Source: Dudresnaya verticillata | Lineage: Eukaryota | Length of the DNA stretch: 64,000 nucleotides | Assembly (NCBI GenBank): GCA_977862235.1 | Contig: OZ374560.1 | Location: 1,426,001 to 1,490,000 of the forward strand | Direction: 5' to 3' | Shown: positions 60,573-64,000 of the stretch, piece after piece | Layout: the number at the start of each line of letters is the position of its first letter | Numbering within the stretch: the first letter of the stretch is position 1 | Notes under the pieces: model-generated | Told to the model about the DNA's origin: nothing | The model's database searches: none | Seen by the model: the letters and a program-made list of their open reading frames with translations, nothing else | Program-made: the position numbers and the translations under genes

Positions 60573-62417
60573 TGCTGAAGCTTGATCAAATGCTGCACTC
60601 AACATACGGCGACTTCTCATACATGCGACGACCAAGAAACGGGATTTGTCATCCAGAAACGTCGTGGCATACCGGAAACGATCGGGAAAGGAGATCTGGA
60701 TTGGACCCACAATGTCGGAATGCACGAGATCACCGACAGCTTTGGCCAGGCGGAAGTGCCCTGGGAATGATTGTTTGTGTGCTTTCCCAAGTCTACAAGC
60801 CCGACACACTTCATGAGTGGAGCCCAACTCCGGAACACCCTCAACATGCTCGTGCACTTTGGCCAAGTCCCGAAAATTAATGTGGGCAAGACGTCGATGC
60901 CAGAGCTCAGTAGTTTGCTGCGTGCTGGGGACAGCCAGTACTTGCTCCTCCGAAGTGTGCAGCTCGGGTTCTGGTAGCATGTACATTCCAGAACTCGCAT
61001 CGCGAACACCGGATCCAATATAGTACCCATCAGAGTCGAGTACCAAGCGTACGTCCAAGCGGCGAAAGTGGGATTCAATTCCTTTATCTGCCAAACGCCC
61101 AGTAGAGACAAGATTGTATCCCATCTGCGGGATGAAGAGGGCCTTCTTGAGCCGAATATTGGCATGCTCAAACGGCAGAATCACATCTCCACATAGGTCC
61201 GAGGTGACAGACGACTTGTCCGCAAGCACTACCGTACGCTTTTCGCAGCGCGATACTGAGCTCGGTACAAAAGAAGTCATTGAGTGGAAGCAATGCACCG
61301 TTGCTCCACTGTCGGCATATGTTCCTTGGTCGTTCGGAGGAACAACAGTAGTCATCTCAACCGATGCACCGGCGATTTCTACCTTTGCAGATTTACCATT
61401 ATTCTTACCAGATGCAGCTACCGCCGAGTTGGCGTTGCCCTTTTTGCCCTGGTTGGTGAACATCTGTCGCACCTTTGGAGGAAGCTTGTTGTTAGGATTT
61501 TCCGGATTGAGATAGCATCGATCCGCGGTGTGTCCATCCTTGTCGCAAACATCACAGTGAAGGTGCCGGTTCGGGGTAGAGTGAGCCTGCTTGGCGGACT
61601 TGAGTGCAACCGCCAACGCACGGACGGTGGATTCAATATCAGAAGAGTCATCGGAGTCGTCGTTGTCATCCAGCGGGTTGTGTTGCTGGCGAGAACCTGA
61701 CGACGCGGACTTCTTTTTCTTCTTGCGACGACTCTTCGACTTACTGGATCTCCCACCTGCGTTTGATCCATGAGAATCTTTGGCGTTGTACTCATCGATC
61801 AGCGTGGTTGCGACGTAGTCCCAAGTCAGCTCAGAAGCATCTTTGGTGCGGAGAGCTGCAGCTGTTGACTCCAGGTGGCAGGACGGATCAATGGAAGCAA
61901 GCAGCATAGGTGCCTTATGTGTCTCCGGTATCGCCGAGTCGTTGCCCATGCGGTCGAGTTGGGCGAACAGTGACGTGTACTGGTCGACATAGTTGGACAT
62001 ATTCTGACCGGTGTACGTCATACGGAATAGCTTGGTCTGTACGGCGATACGGGATACGGTTCGACTGGACGCATAGCGCGAGTCCAATAGCTCCAGCATG
62101 CGTTTGGGGTCATCATCAACCTCCATAACGACACGAAGCGGAGCATCACCAAGTGCGGAGATAATGATCCCGCAAGCCTTCTCACGTTTGGCCAAGGTTC
62201 TGGCGTGAAGAATGGAAGTATCCGCTGAGGCCTCTCCAGTTGACTGTGAGCTGCTCGGTGTGTCGTTTGAGGTGTGGACAACATTCCAAACCCCTTTGAT
62301 GCGGCATGCGGCACGAAGGCGATGACGCCAGAGACTGTAGTCGTCACCTCTCCTGCCGTGGAAACGGGGTATCTTGACCCCGCTGGAAGTATCCATCTCG
62401 GCTTCGGTATCAGTCAT
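60573..62417 (-). pseudogene. gag-pol: E5 gag-PR-partial IN (615 aa)
   Basis: Near-identical to the N-terminal 615 aa of the E4 protein. Confidence 0.93.
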
Positions 62418-63608
62418 CGCTGTTGGGACTGATGCTGGGAAGAGATAACTTGAATAGTTTTAGAAAACTTGGTGAACTTGGGGCAGTGCTGTTAGTGCAA
62501 CAGTGTCGATGCCCAGAGGGTAATAGTCGTGCTAAACAGAGCAGTGCAGCTCACACAACGAAGACGTGACGACGAAACTGAGAAATGTGTCGAACACGTC
62601 GGTAATATAGTACAGTCACAAGCGGAGCACACTTTGCCAAGTAGCTCCCACGCTTGGAGTAATCAAACTCTCAGGTGATGATGGGATCACCTGGACTGAA
62701 GAAGAAAAGTTGAAACTTGAAGTTGAAAAGTTGATTCTTGATAGTTGAACGTCTTTTTGACGCGGGATGTTCTGGCACCAGGTTCTACCTAGTCACCCCT
62801 AGGAGTCGGACTCCTGGCCCCCGGATATGATTCTCCGGGTGAAATGCGTCTTTCAGCAGCCCTTTCGTGTCGTGCGCACACAGACACGAAGTATGCAATC
62901 CTTACGAGACGTCCACCTTATGGGTACTAACTCAAAACGAGTGTTCACCACACGAACAGGTCCAGTCTCTTGCAGGAATGGAACTAGGCCCAACCGTGTC
63001 AAGGTTCTGGATCTTACTGGAGGCTGCTCCCCTAGGCCAACGAGGTCCTGACTTAACGAGAGTCACCACGCACAACACTCAACCTCTCAGCAAGCTCACG
63101 GACCAAGACAACAGCGGACGAGAGCCTCGAGAACTCTCTCACAAAATCAGAGACACAAGCCGACACAGTGGGATAGGGACCATTTTCAACAGACAACAAG
63201 CAGACAGGACAGGACACAAGCCGACAGGACAGGACACAAGCAGACAGGACAGGCCAGGACGGGACAGGACAGTATCAAGAATGAAAAGAAAAAGGAAGAA
63301 GGTTGCAGCGAAGCGATGAAGTCTGCGTAGGTCGACCTTCTGGGCCCATAACCTGAAAAGGAATATGGAGAGGTTGAAGTTGAACAAGATGAGAAATGGA
63401 AGTCGCTTGACTTCGTTTACTGCAGTCGACCATCCGACAAGGCTTATATCAGCTTTTCGGATGAGTTGCTGCGTGAACACAAACAAAACAAATCATTAAA
63501 GAAACGCCCAAAATCCCTATCATCAAATGGGCGGGAAAAAGTAAAACAATTAAATCTACCAAATCATACTCTCAGCACACTCACATCCGCCACCAAAATG
63601 GGCGGGAA
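60573..63608 (-). mobile_element. Family-A element E5: part of the 5' LTR (63354-63608), PBS, leader, and gag to mid-integrase
   Basis: ORF 60570-62417 ends at ...FDQASA at the E3 LTR junction. The LTR is interrupted at 63608 by E6. Confidence 0.95.
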
Positions 63609-64000
63609 TGTTGAGGACATGGTCGCTGGCGCCTCACGTCACGGGTCAGGTACCCCAGATGGTACCCTGGCACGCTTTCACCAAACCTTCCGGAGACGAC
63701 AGCCCTTTTTCCGGGCTTCCAAAATCACGGCGCATTTAGGCCTTTTGCAAAAGCAACGTGAAACGGGCTTCTGATTGGTTGTTACAAACCGCCTCCATGG
63801 TCTATATGGCTTACAAGTGTTGTGCTGGAATTGGCGGTTATAACAGGAACGGCCAAGTGGAACGATCTGATTGGACCACATGGATGCACGTGGTATGGCA
63901 TGGAATGGTACTGGTATGACGCGCACTGTACTCCACAAGTACATATGAACGTGCCATGCAATGTGCTGATGGCGTCTGAGTTGGTACTGCAGGGACTTGC
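63609..64000 (+). mobile_element. Family-A element E6: start of an LTR inserted in opposite orientation into the E5 LTR; runs off the window
   Basis: TGTTGAGGACATGG... begins directly after GGGAA (63604-63608), inside the E5 LTR. Confidence 0.93.

Noticed and set aside
38120..64000. The whole nest as an assembly artefact
   Set aside because: Junctions fall exactly at LTR termini, E4 and the solo LTR have perfect TSDs, and copies carry distinct SNPs. Only the E3 flank mismatch still needs read confirmation.

Overview
Eukaryotic, transposon-dominated window with no intact host gene. The taxon is probably a red alga, inferred only from the style of the element families. 1-30 kb holds older, decayed material: the 3' end of a GalEa-like Copia pol, a 782-bp solo LTR (TSD ACATT), and a decayed CACTA/Plavaka-like (CMC) DDE transposase flanked by three large unknown ORFs that may be cargo of one large multi-gene DNA transposon. 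It also holds a 5.7-kb internally deleted Copia (TSD CAGAA) with no canonical PBS, and several long perfect palindromes/hairpins. 30.8-38.1 kb holds decayed Gypsy and Copia-B fragments and a long-chain acyl-CoA synthetase C-terminal fragment. 32-64 kb is a pile-up of one young Ty1/copia family ('family A': about 1.03-kb LTRs, single 1440-aa gag-pol, half-tRNA-iMet PBS GGTTATGGGCCCAG). It has ten LTR copies and eight insertion sites (counting the two mismatched E3 ends separately), all inside retrotransposons and five inside family A itself. One copy is intact with apparently identical LTRs (49553-56871, TSD GTGTG). The self-nesting, Ty5-like cluster is a candidate heterochromatin/centromere-targeted system, and its multi-kb inverted arms make it a candidate hairpin-siRNA locus.
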